Assembly (NCBI GenBank): GCA_976226885.1
Contig: OZ320313.1
Location: 64,976,001 to 65,040,000, forward strand
Source: Iphione sp. A-MEVVRFRX5
Taxonomy: Eukaryota
Direction: 5' to 3'
Length of the DNA stretch: 64,000 bases
The number at the start of each line of letters is the position of its first letter. Within the stretch, counting starts at the first letter, position 1. Both the position numbers and the translations under genes were made by a program. A model generated the notes under the pieces. That model did not search any database. It was not told where the DNA came from and was given only the letters and a program-made list of their open reading frames with translations. Below, in pieces: positions 39,692 to 53,100 of the stretch.

Positions 39692-40060
39692 AGTCGACTA
39701 GTTGATTGCACGATCAACTAGTCTGACTCTCCCCCGCCCTCCTCGGTGTACGTAGGGTGCGGCGCCCCCTCGCTAAGTAAACCGACTCCAAGAGACCCTG
39801 GCACCGCACGCATGCGCACCGATAAAACCGTCGGCGGCGCGACGTCTGCCCCAATCAGATCAGACAATTGTATTAGGAGCCGCCTGGCGACCGTGTGGTA
39901 TTGTCACAGGCGTTGGGGTCGTCCCTCTCCGACCCTCCCGAGCACTCCTACTCGCCCTCCTCCCTGAGTCAGCAGGCCGAAGGTCCATTATTTATCGGGT
40001 CTTGTATTATCGCCCAACCCGCCGCTTATAATGTCGTCTGCCACAAGGACCGCCATTTAT
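39692..40060. promoter_or_regulatory. CpG-rich promoter-like island preceded by an 11-bp perfect hairpin
   Basis: Hairpin GACTAGTTGAT-tgcacg-ATCAACTAGTC at 39696-39723; NRF1-like ACGCATGCGCA at 39808-39818; CCAATCAG at 39851-39858; high CpG density. Confidence 0.4.
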
Positions 40061-42860
40061 TCTTCTTTCGTTCGTCTGGGGAGAAAAAAAGAGATTATCT
40101 TTTTGTGAGCACAACTTGTTCTGTCTTCGCCTTCAGTTGTACAGTGGACGAAAGCATCAGTTGTAGAAAGCAGTGGTAGCATTATTGTAAAGAAGTAATT
40201 CCACAGAGTATTTTATTCATTAGAAAATGAATACATGTGTAGCATTAGTCGTAATTTGAATATACATAATAGAAGTACATGTAACAGTATCTCTGACTCC
40301 CCAAATAGATTCTGCCAGGGGACAAAACAGTTTGGATGAAAGAAGTTCTAACCATTGCAGACGGTAATTTTCTCCTCTATTGCACTCTTGTCATGGCGGT
40401 CGTTGCTGTCGATTCATAAGTTATAGGCAGGTCTGGGAAAGACATACTTGAGGACAGCCGGCGTCTGTGGTCTCAGTGGGACTACATTCACCCAGATATA
40501 CAGTTGATATATGGTGGTCCTTTACACTTACTGCATGGTTGTCTTTATGGACGATAGCGGCCTCAGCCTTTCTTTCCGTTGCTTTCTGCCTGTACACACA
40601 GGTCTTTGATCCATTAAATCAGCCGAGCATGGTCTAAGATGGCGCTAAATCGGTGCAAAATATCCGTGCCATATCCCGTTGAAAGACAGCCCCAAAGTAC
40701 TTAAAAGAAATCATAGCCTGGGTCTGTCAAAGCAGCTGCTCTGTTGTAAATGGGACCAGGGGACTGTATGCAGATCCCTAGAAATGATACTGTGCAGAAA
40801 TCCATCCATTTTTACGGCATCATGCCTGTGTATGGAGACTTGGCTCGTCCATAAACATCCCAACGGAAGAAAATTCCTTCATAAATGAGAAGAAATGGTG
40901 ATTTCTTCATATTTATTATTTACGGTACGTCATCAGAGGTCTGTGGCATCCACTCAGGAAATATCCTGATCATTGGTTGTCTGTACTTGTTCTCTGTTGG
41001 CAAGAATCCTTTATCAATACCCTTTCCATACCTCTCTGTGGGGAAGATAACGAATTCAGTTTTCTAGGCACTTTTCACGGTAATCTATTTAATGAGGTAG
41101 AGAAAACTATCTCAAAGGTAGAGAAAACTATATCAAAGACGTTTTCTTCAACAAAAAAGAGTCTTTCCTAAGAAGTGTCAATATTTTGTATAATGTTTTA
41201 ACGTGCATCCACAGAGTTTCAAATAATCCCCAAGTGCTGGTTTTGATAGCAGTTCAAATAATAAAGTGTCAGGACAGTTTTATTTCTTAGATCATTCATT
41301 CCGGCCCTTGAAATTGTCATCATTAGTAACAAAACTCGAGAATTAATTTAATTTTATTCGATTGGGAAGCGAACGTGCCAAGATAACAATTTAATGTTTT
41401 CTCGTGCACTTCAATTAATGACAGACACTATGCATACAATTTCCGGAATTAACAAAAGCGGATCACGTTCTGGCCAATTTCCTGAAGAACGTGGTTCTTT
41501 TACTCATTTAATTACTCCAAACGTTCTGATGGTTGGAAAGTACCAGTTATGAATGTTTGTCTTTTTTGTAGCCCCGCTGGCAGGTTTGAAATCGTTTATG
41601 AAAATGACTTCCAGAAGCCTCTCACTGTGGAGGCAGACACTGCGTGATATATATGCTTTATTTGTATGATGAAGTTGTCAGTTAAAATCGTTGAGTAGAG
41701 TATACTTAATTTTGGAGAATACATATATGTTTTAGACAAATATACATGTCCATGTAATTCGAAGTTTGCCAGGTTTTATATACATCCTTTACTCTGGCTA
41801 TGGGTAGCACTGCATGCAAAATATTGCAGAATGATATAGTAAACCCATCTTTCCTCTGTCGGTGGCATATGGAACATTTAGTAGAGTTTTGCCATCTTAT
41901 ATACTGCCTAATCCCTCTCTGTGAGTGATATTCGGGTTCTCACAAAGACTTCGTTGTAGATGGATCAGCGCATGGCGTGCCCGTTTCCTTGCATACCAAG
42001 CGTCCAATCGAACATAAAGGATCCTCCAGCTGTTGAAGCTGTTGGCTCTTCCCTGCCAGCTCTGCCCTTCATCCCAACCATTCTTCTAGGTCAGTCTCCT
42101 TGAAAATTCGTCGCAGATGCGGATCGAAGGAGCATGAATTAGTTAGAAGCTGAAGTCGATGTGACCTAAAGGAATGGATAAATAGAGCCGCGTAGGAGGT
42201 GTAATTTAAGCTGCGTGTTACCGTCCTCTGCCGTAAAGTAGACCTGCATGGAGAGAATCGGGGCTACTTAGATTCTTTGATGGCCAAATTTTACGCCTCT
42301 GATTTAGGGGATGACTTTCCATTCTTCGGGCAATTGTCCTGAAAGCGTTCGCCACTGTTATGAAAAATTTACTTCCCAAGATATAGTTACTAGTTACGTT
42401 GATATCTTTGTAATCCAGGGGGTGGATACATACAGTTACATCAGTCATCGGTAGGAAGCCTTGAATCAGTATTAAGACGGGAAGTGCAGTTGTTAGCTGA
42501 GTCATGAATGAGTGATTACATACTGATTTACAGTACTTAATGTTTCATGCCCTGGTAGGATGCTGGTAGGAGACAGACCCATAACGTGAATGTGCGAGTG
42601 GTACTGTCCCTGTAGAGCTTTCCTTTAGAGCAGTTCCCGTATTCCTGACATGACAAACTCTAAGATGACTCCTACAGTTGTTATTTGGAAATACGTTCTG
42701 TTCATTTGAACGTCCTTGTTGTACGAGCGTCACGTTGAGATTTTAGTTTGAATCAGACCACTAGAAAGTGATGCACTATATCTACATCCAGTTTGATCAC
42801 AGTTCTTCAAATTGAACTTATAGAAGCTTAATAATGGCATATTGATCAGCGATTTAATGG

Positions 42861-42935
42861 TGTTCTTCTTTTTGCAGGTGAGTAGATTGGATGTAAGACG
42901 GAATGTAAGTTAATATTGCCATCCAAGAAGTAAGT
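42861..42935 (+). other. Candidate recursive splice site with a cluster of downstream donors
   Basis: TGTTCTTCTTTTTGCAG (42861-42877) directly followed by GTGAGT; further donors GTAAGA at 42893, GTAAGT at 42905 and GTAAGT at 42930. Confidence 0.55.
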
Positions 42936-43330
42936 AACCACAGCAGTAGCTGTCTCTAGTCATTATATCACTTTTCATTTCTTAACGTGTCTGTACGAAG
43001 ATGTACATGTTGATGTATCTGTTAATGTAATGAGATGTTTTTACATATATTAGATCAATGCCTAAGAAGATTGAAATTTCACGTTGTCTGCTTTGTGGCC
43101 CTGTATGTGCTATCATGACCGTTTCTTTCAGCTGCCACCTGAATAATAAATGCTTCCAACGCACGGTGGCTTATAAATAAATATCATTAACATAGGTTAC
43201 TCACGTGAAATTACTGTAATATGAAGTCGGCCAGAATTCAAGACTGTATCGTTTGTAATGATCCCCGTTCAGAATAAAATTGGTGTAAGTACTTTCTAAG
43301 TTGTGATTCCTGTTTGTTATCCTGTCGTGA

Positions 43331-43368
43331 TCTAACGCTCGACATCTGTATTGTTGCAGTAGGTAAGT
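43331..43368 (+). other. Candidate 3-nt microexon or NAGNAG ratchet point
   Basis: Branch-like TCTAAC at 43331-43336, then TCTGTATTGTTGCAG|TAG|GTAAGT (CAG 43357-43359, TAG 43360-43362, GTAAGT 43363-43368). Confidence 0.35.
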
Positions 43369-44689
43369 AGCTCCTGACGTCCATGCGTGGAGGAAGTCCC
43401 CGATCCCACGTTTAATTTTAATGTTAGCTTCAGGTATCTATAAAACGTTCTCTATTAAGACTTCTAGCCCAGGGCACAGACATTTAAAATAGCTTTGTTG
43501 AATAAAAATGTTAGAAAGAACTAATAAACAGAATGATGAATATGCTTGCTCCGATCTAGGGATGAAGACCGGCGCGGCATATCATAGATGTTATAGCAGA
43601 ATGCTGACATTTACAGCACTAGTTTCTTTTTATGCCAAGGATAAAACATATATGGCGTATTAAATGCGCATAAAGCATATGATGATATCTCTATGCCGAT
43701 ATATACATTAATATATGTGTGTATATATCTGTATACGTTCAATGCATTACATCAGTGAACGTCTCGACGCTGTTAATTTTGTAAACAGCTCTAACGTAAG
43801 GGAACCTCATGGATTGTGACGTTATTGATGTGCTGATTGAGTCACTTTGACGGCCAGGAGAGTGGGCAGGCTCCGCACTATGCATTTCCCCATGGTTTCA
43901 GTTTAATGACACCTTTCTAGGATGATGTGACAGTCTCTCGTGGCCAACGTCCAAGCCAATTTACCAGTACCAATGGTATAGGCACCGACCATTGAAAAAC
44001 AGACAAAAAAAGTTCTGTAAACAATTCTCCCGAAAAAGATAGGACTGACAGTTCACAAACTAATAACCAAGTTGTGCTCCTGAGAAAGGCAATCAAGCTT
44101 ATCGCATGGCGGGCCAGTGTATTGACACGCGTCTTTTTTCCCGTCGTTCTTTCCCACTGTCGAACCTCATTAACGATAACTGAAGCTGGTTGAACTCTTG
44201 GCAAATCATGGCTGGGGTGCTGATTACATGACGTCTGTGTTTCACCAGTCAGGGAGCACTTACTGAATACGAGTGGGCGTAATGTTTCATACAAGATGGT
44301 TAATTCAGGCTGCCGTCCACAGAACAGCAGTCGGTAAGGGAATGAACATCATAAGTCATACACATCTGTTGAACGACACCTATTTTCGCTGTATACTGTT
44401 TAATGCAATAGAAAAAAAGCAAACTTCTTAGAGCATCTAGCCCAAGCGGCGCTATTCTCGCAGGTACGTTACAAATGTGCAGCTTCATCTGTTTCCTATT
44501 TTATATCAACGCGGATTTCTCCCGCTTTAAAAGATTATAGCTCGACCGAGGAACTGAAAACCCTGTGTATCGTATTTGCTCATTAACAAACGCAAGTAGA
44601 CACTGCGGGTTAGTTCGGGCGCGAATTGCCACCACCGCGAAACGAAGGAGCTACAGTATTTGTCTGCAATCATGTCATGCATCACTCAG

Positions 44690-44702
44690 CCAGCAGAGGG
44701 CG
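44690..44702 (+). promoter_or_regulatory. CTCF core motif
   Basis: CCAGCAGAGGGCG matches CCASYAGRKGGCR at every position. Confidence 0.5.
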
Positions 44703-47700
44703 TTGATTCATGATAAACTAATTTGCAATGGCTGATTGCTTTCTAAGCCAGTGCATTCCTCTAATTACCCCCCATGACCAGATCTAACGCTGTTGCTTAC
44801 AGGGGAACCTCCAGAGCAACGACAATTGTTCGTAATTGATCCCGTAAATCGTTTATTATCCAAACCCCTATCATGTGAGATGATGAATTAAGCAGAGTTT
44901 TGACAAATTATGAGCGATTTTTTTTAGTGTAATATTGCCGGCGGCGCCGGGTCTGTGCGCCATTGCGATAACGGTGCAGGTTTTCTCTCGGTTTTCGAGC
45001 CAGTCCTGGCCTTCAGAAACTCAATTCTGCGTTAAATTATCTTTGATTGCAGACACTTGCGCCAGTTGCACAAGGCGCTGATAGAGGGGAACTGTATCCC
45101 GTAATACCGTTAGCCGTCTCCAAGTTGTGAGGAGACTGCCGTGATTAATGATATCGCCACGGGCACATGGTTGAATGGCATCCACACCTATCGCTGTGAT
45201 AATTGCCAACTCGGAATTCTGCGGTTCTGAAGTTCGCATTCAATTAGACTGTAATCTTTTTTTAAAGAAAGTAGATGTCATGTCGCTGAATGCTTGTCTG
45301 AATCATGGAACTTATGGTGTACAATTTCGCAAACCAGTTCAGCACAAAGACGGCACCTTTCGCTATTTTGAATTCGTTTGCGTTCATTATAACAAAGAAT
45401 AGTTTGAAACAAATTTAGGATTGTAAGCAGAGGTAGATTATATTACCGGCATATGCTTTCATAATATCTGATAATTTTGATGTATAACTCCTTATCCATG
45501 TTTTAAAAGAGGGATTAAGATACACGAGCTCAACAACTTTCATCAGAAAATTTAAGACATGACGGTTTAAATTCTAAATCCATCCCGAACGTGAAGGTTT
45601 TGCATGGTACCGGACGCGAATGTAGCGGGCAGAAACCACTGTGACTCAGCATTTTCCTTCATATTCTGCAGAGACCTCGGTCTGAAGACGCTAATCCCTA
45701 TGTGCCGTGGAAGTGGCCGTCACAGGCTTGCTTATCCCTTCACCTTGAAAGAAGATCGATAAGGTGTCTTTCTCGGCTTGGTATGGAAACGGAAAGGAAA
45801 ACGTGGCGAAGGATCGACAGTCGATCATACCTCATGAAACTTTATTTTCACTGACAACTTCAATCTTTCTCTCGATAAAGTAGAGACTTGCATATATTTA
45901 GAGATAAGGATATGAGGAAGGCGAGAGGGGGCCGAGGAGGAAATCTTCGGGCTGTCCCCCTGTGTTCCATATAGTCGGGTACCCTTAAGACGCTGAGACC
46001 GTGGAGCCTTCCTGTTGGCCATTACTGGATTATGCTTGCACCCGGTGTGAATATCATAGGTGTCCTTAAGATTTCACCGATGAACACAGTTAACAAAAAA
46101 AAACAAGTACGTCTGTTCATGACTGTCCTGGTTGTAAATTGTTGTTGTAATGCTGCTTCTTCAATCTTTTTCCATAAATAAAAAAAATTGTGCTCATCGT
46201 ATAACTACCTAGATAGAAATAGTTTTGATGTGTAAACAAAGCATTACTTATATTTCGCTGAAGTACGGTACATCGACTGAAAATTTAGATATTAGTTGTC
46301 TCAAAAAAGAAGCCTATGATTTGGACACGTTGGTATGTACAACTCCAAAAATACTGGCATGATCATACCATGAGAAAACTGAATGAAATGATAATGTGTG
46401 TAACTGAAATATAGAAACGCCAGTTTATTTGTGTTGTTCCATTAAGATTGGACAATGGACATGAATGTAACGGTCTTATTGGTTATATGAACTTGCGTAT
46501 CATGTTAACGTATGAGGAGCGTTCATGTGTTATTACGACTCATTGCAAATCAACATGAATATGTTGATGGAGCTAACCTTCTCCTATTATAATGTAGTCG
46601 CTATACTGAAAGCACAGACGTGGAAGCCATTTTAATCATCGACTATTCAGTAGTAATCATAGGAATTAAGGCATAAATAAATGCCGCTCAGGCGTATCAC
46701 CTTATGATGAGTAGTCCCTAATTCTGGTTGGAAAGCAAACATGTATATAAATTACACAGTATAGGATGCGCCTTTCGAAAGAGAATCATTACTGAAAGCA
46801 GTATTGACAGACCTCCTTGAGGATACAAACCACAAGAAATGCCTTAGCAAGACCGACGTGGCTGGCTTTCCCAAGTCGACGTGGCACTGAACCCTGTAAT
46901 AGCCCGAGGCATTTCTTTTACATTGCGGCTCCGCTTGTTATCTTGAAGTGAATCGTGTCGTTACTTGTTTCAGACGGCGATAAAAAGGGCTTTAGCATTC
47001 AGAAGAGCTATTCTCCCTTCTGTGCCTGTTGTCCGCCTTATCTGAACAAAGTGTATGAAAGGCTGAAACCTCCTTGAAAATATAATTCCACTAAGGATAC
47101 CAAAGAGTTTTTCGCCATGCCAGACACCATTTGATGTATGACAAAGCGTTTAGCCTTTAGAGAATACGAGAGGAGGCTACTATTGGTAAAGGCCTTGCTA
47201 CATTGCGGTCGGGGTTCAGCAAGGAGAAAAGTAGGATGGAAAGTCTGCCACTCTGGGCCCGCCCATCAGATGTCTTCCGAAGGCGGTGTGAGGCTAGTAG
47301 GGTGTAAAGATGGGGATTTTACGCAGGAGAGCGCCCAGCGAAGAGAAAGCCACCGACTGTACTGGAAAAGTCTCTCTCCAGCCCGTTTTTCACGGGCTTT
47401 TTTCAGATTGTGGCCGCAAAGCGGCGAATGGTTCCTGTCACAGATTGACGGTTCCGCCGCCATAGGATCCAAGCATCCAGCCAAGCGGGAAGGAGCCTCA
47501 TGCGTAGTTCCCACTGGGTAAGGAATAATTTGAATGTTTCAAGACACACATTTGGCAAAGAAGGACGAGGGGGAGGTGGGGTTCTCCCTATTTAAGACAA
47601 TTCCTAATGAGTGGCGTCAGGTGGTCATGAAGTAACTGGAGTACACAGTGGCAGGTCTCTGAAATCCCGGTGAAGACCGAATTCTGAGAAGCGACGAGGC

Positions 47701-50107
47701 CCACCAGTTACATAAAGCCTTCTTACGAAGAGTCGGTGTCACATGTTTCATTATGTCTCACATTTCACCTACTTTCCCTCAGACACCTCACGGCCTTGAT
47801 GTGAAATCCCTATTTATTCGTTGCTGCACGAGTATTTTTGCAATGTTTTTCCTTATTTTTTTTGGCCGAGTCAGCAGCAAAGCTGTATACGTTCCCTCGC
47901 TTAGCTCTGTTCCTTCGTTCTGTAACATAATGACAGTTATCAATTTCCAATCCCCCTCCAAACGATGGCCTTACTTTTAGTGGGCGTCCCAGCCTGGGGA
48001 AGGTGAGACAAGAGCCATATTATTGCCGATAACGCCGCATTATGATCTGAAAAGAACAGCCGATAAATATGCACTGACAGTTGATGGCGGTATCTGTAAC
48101 ATGATTTTTCAGGTGCCAGAAAATTGCAAGGAAGGCAAACCCTCGTTTTGCGAACCCATTTGCTGGGAGGTTTTCTCGCAGTTCTCCGTGGAACCTCTCC
48201 AGAAGGTCCGTCGTTATTCCGATTACATGTTTTCGGTCTCGTCCGTCATTTCTTTCGGCGAACCATTGTTGGTATTGTTTCCGTTGTTTTTGCTGCACTG
48301 AGGACCTTTCAGGTGATTCCTGTCGCTCATCCGCCCTAAACCGCATCCCCTTAATCCATTAGTCTGTCCACCAATGGGCTGCTATAATTACCCAGATTTC
48401 TTCAACTCCTTACGTTGTTATCCTTCACTGGGGGAAAAATCAACCGCTCTTCGGGAAATTCTCCAGCTACATACCATAGTGTGATATCCTTCTTTTCGTC
48501 ACACTACAAAATTCATCCATTGTTAGACATTCTGTTCTTAAATATTGAGGGTATACAATGTAGTTATAAGTCAAAAAAACCCACCAGAGTCACAGAACAG
48601 CGAATGGCCAGTATTGTGCTATACAAAACGCTATTTCCCCAAGTTAAACATATCTTCGAACCACCTAACCCTAACGTGGGTATGCCCACATTCCCTTAAA
48701 ACAGTGTACCCTTCTGGCTGTAAGTATCAATGACTGTACCGTACGATGCCGATCATACGGACCGCCCCTCCACACACTCCTCGTTTCGCGTGGTAAACTA
48801 CACTGTTGAAGCCGAAAGCAAGATAGGAGCCCCTTTAAATGCAGCGGATCGCATGGTAACAAGCACACTGATATACATACTAACTCAGCGGCATGTTGGT
48901 GCGGGCCCGTGAAACATGAAGGGCACCATATGTTTCCAATTGCTCATCTGCCCAGTGGTTACTTCTTATGACAAAATACTGTTTGCAGTACTCCAATATA
49001 GGCAGGCTGGTTATATATCAGGGAAACGTAGGGATACAGACGAACAACTACGATCTTTGCTGTCCTATTGTGTTAGCAGTACATTCTCAGTGACCTTTAT
49101 GTGGATTATGACCCCCAAATGATCGTGAATACAGGTGGCAGGGCACATGTCAAGCTAATTAACGCTCACCTTTAAGCTGAGTTCTGATCATGCCAGATGC
49201 CCTTTCGGTTGTTCGGCGCAGTACAAAGAAGAACCCTTTCGCCCACAGCACTTTGTACCTCATATCTGAAAGGCATGAGTGTATTACTTGTTACTTTAAC
49301 AGAGACATGTCAACAGAGCCCTGTGATAATATATGCATGCGTTTTGCCTCGATGCTACTCTATCAGAATGGTTCGCTGAAAGGTTATTTTGATCTACAAG
49401 GAAGATGACTCTGACATTTGTACCTGGGAGAGCGTATTGGGTTGATTGACCTTTGCCAGTGACTAGGGGTCAGACCCCGTAGCTTGAACCAGAGCAAAGC
49501 AGCGGTCAACGGAGTTGACTCCTTATTAAAGATCGTTTGGACCGTAGGCCACGTCGAACAGAAGCGCCAGTGAAATTAGCACTAAAAATATCCCGAAAAA
49601 TTGAATGAAAACAAATTTATCACATTAAATGAAATGGAAAAGGCATCCAGGTAGGTTGCTGTTGCTTTCTTAACGCATTATTGCTGAGCTTGGATTTCTT
49701 GCCCTGTTGTACAGCTGTAACGTAACGGCGCGAACAAAAGGGGTAAATGTCGGATACTTGTCATTGCAAAACATGGTTGCACCATTTAGTGATCGGTAAC
49801 AGTATTTATTTCCCCTGCCCACTTTAGTTTTTGTCCTTCATATTATATTTCATGCTCGTCTTTGATGTGTAGGCGGTGGGAAGCCTCCGCGAACGGGCAC
49901 CTGGTGGCTGGGGGACGTCTTGTAATGGAGTTTATCTGTCGTTCCCTCTCGATAGTCCTCTCGGCCCCATGCCGCCCGGGCTGTCTTGCAACGGGTCCCG
50001 CCCGGCGGCCGTCATCAAAGCTCCCGACCGCCTCTCCTAAGAAGCTTATTGGCGTGGCACTAGGGGCAGGAGGCACACCAGTAGGCGCCACATCCTCGTC
50101 CACATCT

Positions 50108-50160
50108 CCCAAGCCCCCACCCATCCACCCACTCCCACCCTCACCCCTCCCCACCATCCC
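50108..50160 (-). other. G-quadruplex-prone tract within a GC-rich island (~49860-50480)
   Basis: Nine C-runs of 3 or more on the + strand, equivalent to nine G-runs with 1-5 nt loops on the - strand. Confidence 0.55.
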
Positions 50161-53100
50161 ACACGGGCCACCGCAACCCTTAACAGCTGGGCCCCATCTT
50201 CCCTCCTCCGTAAATCCCTGCCTCCCCTAACCTCTGGTTAAGGGGCCTCTCCGTCCCCTCCACTGTCTCTCGGGCGGACGGGTTTCTCCCGTTCTCTCTC
50301 TTTCCGCTTTGCGACCTCCTCAACTAGGTGCCGCCACCGACAAAGACGCCTCATCGGAAACCGTGGCGGGATGCGGTCATACTTAAGACCTCACCACCAG
50401 GTCGTACTCGAGGAGCTTTCACTGGGAAATGCCAGCAGCTGCTCCTCATTCCGTAGAAGCAGCCAGTGAAGCCATACTTTGGGAAGGGGTTGGGAAGGGG
50501 CACCATTAGCTACATGGTGGAAGCCATAAACCCAGAAATATTAGATACAAGTGCTAAAAGTTACGTAGAACATTTGTTTAAAAATAACAGGTTTACAAAC
50601 AACGGGTGCGAGAAGATTTGCCAGCAACTGGAGCACCCCTGCGGAGTGGCAAAGGTCTCTCTACGATGCACCTCTTTAGCAGATGCCTCATTCACTTTTA
50701 GGAGCCTCCTGCTCTTATGCTTTGCCTTGGCTTGCTTTTGTCCGGCATGCCTGCGTTGCAATTGCTTTACAGTTTTTACTAGGATGGAAACGCTGGATGA
50801 CCTTTATTTCTTCGGCCGACAACCACACCATTTCTCTTTGGAATTTGTATCCTAGACGAATACTTTTATTTGACCGCTGTCTTCGTGAATACCTCGAAGA
50901 ACATTTAGACGAAATCTGTACAAATACAAGTCTAAAAAAATCGAAGCACCTGGCTTGAATACTGATGAGAGTACGGGACCCATTTAATTTATTGAAATAT
51001 CCACAGAGAACAAAGTGTTGGATGACCGAAATCACAGATCATGCATAAGGATCATGATTTTCTGTAATTATGGATCAATATATATGTATTTGGCACATGT
51101 TTGCTAAGGCACATGCGTGAATTAGGCATATGGGGCACTGCTGATATGTCAACATATATAACGCTCTATTCAACAACATCTATGACGTTCTCCCAAATGC
51201 AAATATTGATTTGTTTGAGTTTATGTTAATTAACCCCACTAATAATTGGAGTGAGGACATTGTTAAAACTCCTACAATACTCATAAGTATTCATTTCATC
51301 AAGATCACCCAGAATGTGTTCTCATCTGTACATATGTTAGGTACGCTGGAATCTACATACAAAATTTGTATATCTACTCCAGAGGAAATAAAGTGTTTAA
51401 AAAAATGTAAAGGGAGAGGGGCCTGTCCCATTAGTAAAGGGTCGCTCTCAAACTAATGACCTGAGCTAGTTTTGCTTTTTTTTATTATTGCCGTAGCGAA
51501 AGCTCACTGTGTAGTTCTTAATGACTTCTATTTTGCTTGATGTATCATCTAAAAAGACCCATATGAGGTAAAGGGCAACCAGTTCTCCTTATTCCTTAAG
51601 AACCATGTACGTTTTACTTACAGTGTGCTGTGTACATATGTAGGCGCATGCTTTAATTTTCCGTGGTTTTGACAAGAATCGTCCAGAGTTTGTAAAACCA
51701 AAAAGAGTTCATGTGTCCAGTTGCCTGTATTGGCCAATCCATGGAACAACCAACTTAAAATTATTTAAACGCAGACCATTATATAGATACCCCTGTAATT
51801 TCTCACTCTGTGAATTAGTTTTATTCTGTCATGCACTATGTTTGTCTGTGTGAACATTTCTCCGCCTTGTGTTCTGCATACCTGGTTTTCTCTGTTTCTG
51901 TTTCTCTCGCCTGCTTGCTCACTGTAAAGTCTGTTGACCACTGGTCTTGCCCGCCTTTATCTACCGTTATTTCTCGATATCTGTCCCCATGTCAAGGTAT
52001 TCATCTGAGGGGGACAGGCTTTGATGTTGGGAGACGCTGCATTGGGGGATCCGCCAGACTTTGATGTCTTCTATGGAGACAAACACCGAAACCATAGCGT
52101 GGCCAAAGGAGTATGAGATCCCCGTCTGTGTTCACATCATTAGTTCCCACGGTGAGATGCCACAAGGAGACGCAGTCATACCAGACGTAAATACTCGTCC
52201 ATCATCCCACAGCCGTCGCCGGCCCCATATGACAATTTCCATCTGTTTGTTATATGTCGATCCTGCAGTGTTACTATGGTAGCGGCAAAGATGGCATATT
52301 GTGGTAAGGGCAAACACAAAGCCTCACGTCACCATCACATTTCTCTTCTCTTTTTTTGCCTCCAGCTAATTGCCTCCACAGTGGATCTATTCTAGCGAAT
52401 TGCAAACTAATAGAATAAGGTACGAATACTCATCTGTAGTAATTGAGATGGGACGTAATTGTTCATTTCCATCATACAGACTGTCCGATCAGCCTTGCAG
52501 TTTTTAATACTTCCAGAGGATGACACAATGAGGATATTGTTAGCAGTCTTTGTGTTCAGGGAACAGTCTGGTTCCCACGGGGACGGATAATTGCACTGCA
52601 TTCAATTTGATTTCCAAGCATGTAAGATATAGGCTACAAGCAGAACAAAGCGTTCTTTGATAAATTGGCTTGAATGAGGCGTCCAGTGCGTGCGACTGTC
52701 GAAAGTCCAGTGAAGGGACAATGTCGGCTTGTTTGAGGACCGGCCAGGGCAGACTGCCGACAGGCAGACATAATAAGCCTACATAAGAGACGTGTTTTTT
52801 TTTTCTTCCCGGAATGTTGGCTCCGTGTTCATGTATCAAAGAGCGCGTACAAGAGTGAGTCATCGGTGACGTGACCGCTGTAGGAGGGGCACGGGTTGTT
52901 AGCCAATCATGGTCCGACTACGCCACTCGCTGCCTGTTGACCAGAAATGTCCATCCAGACCGGACGACCACAGGCCCGAGGCCACCCCCTCTCGACAAAC
53001 ACGGCACCAATGGCAGTCAATTAGACCTGCTCATCTGGTACTAAGTCCACCCTCCAGGAGGCGTGCTGGTGCATTCAGACCAGTGGCTCCGCGTGTTCTG

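Noticed and set aside
40378-40399. TATTGCACT, miR-92 family seed and start
   Set aside because: No complementary arm to form a pre-miRNA hairpin, and the 3' half diverges.
45126-45230. CEE...GTWLNGIHTYRCDNCQLG, EGF-repeat-like
   Set aside because: The cysteine count and spacing are wrong, the frame is closed on both sides, and no neighbouring EGF repeats are present; at most a highly decayed fragment.
10163-50968. Other CTGATGA hits (10163, 23182, 37411, 50962) and the - strand hit near 4578-4584
   Set aside because: None has a proper stem II-GAAA plus stem I/III partners.
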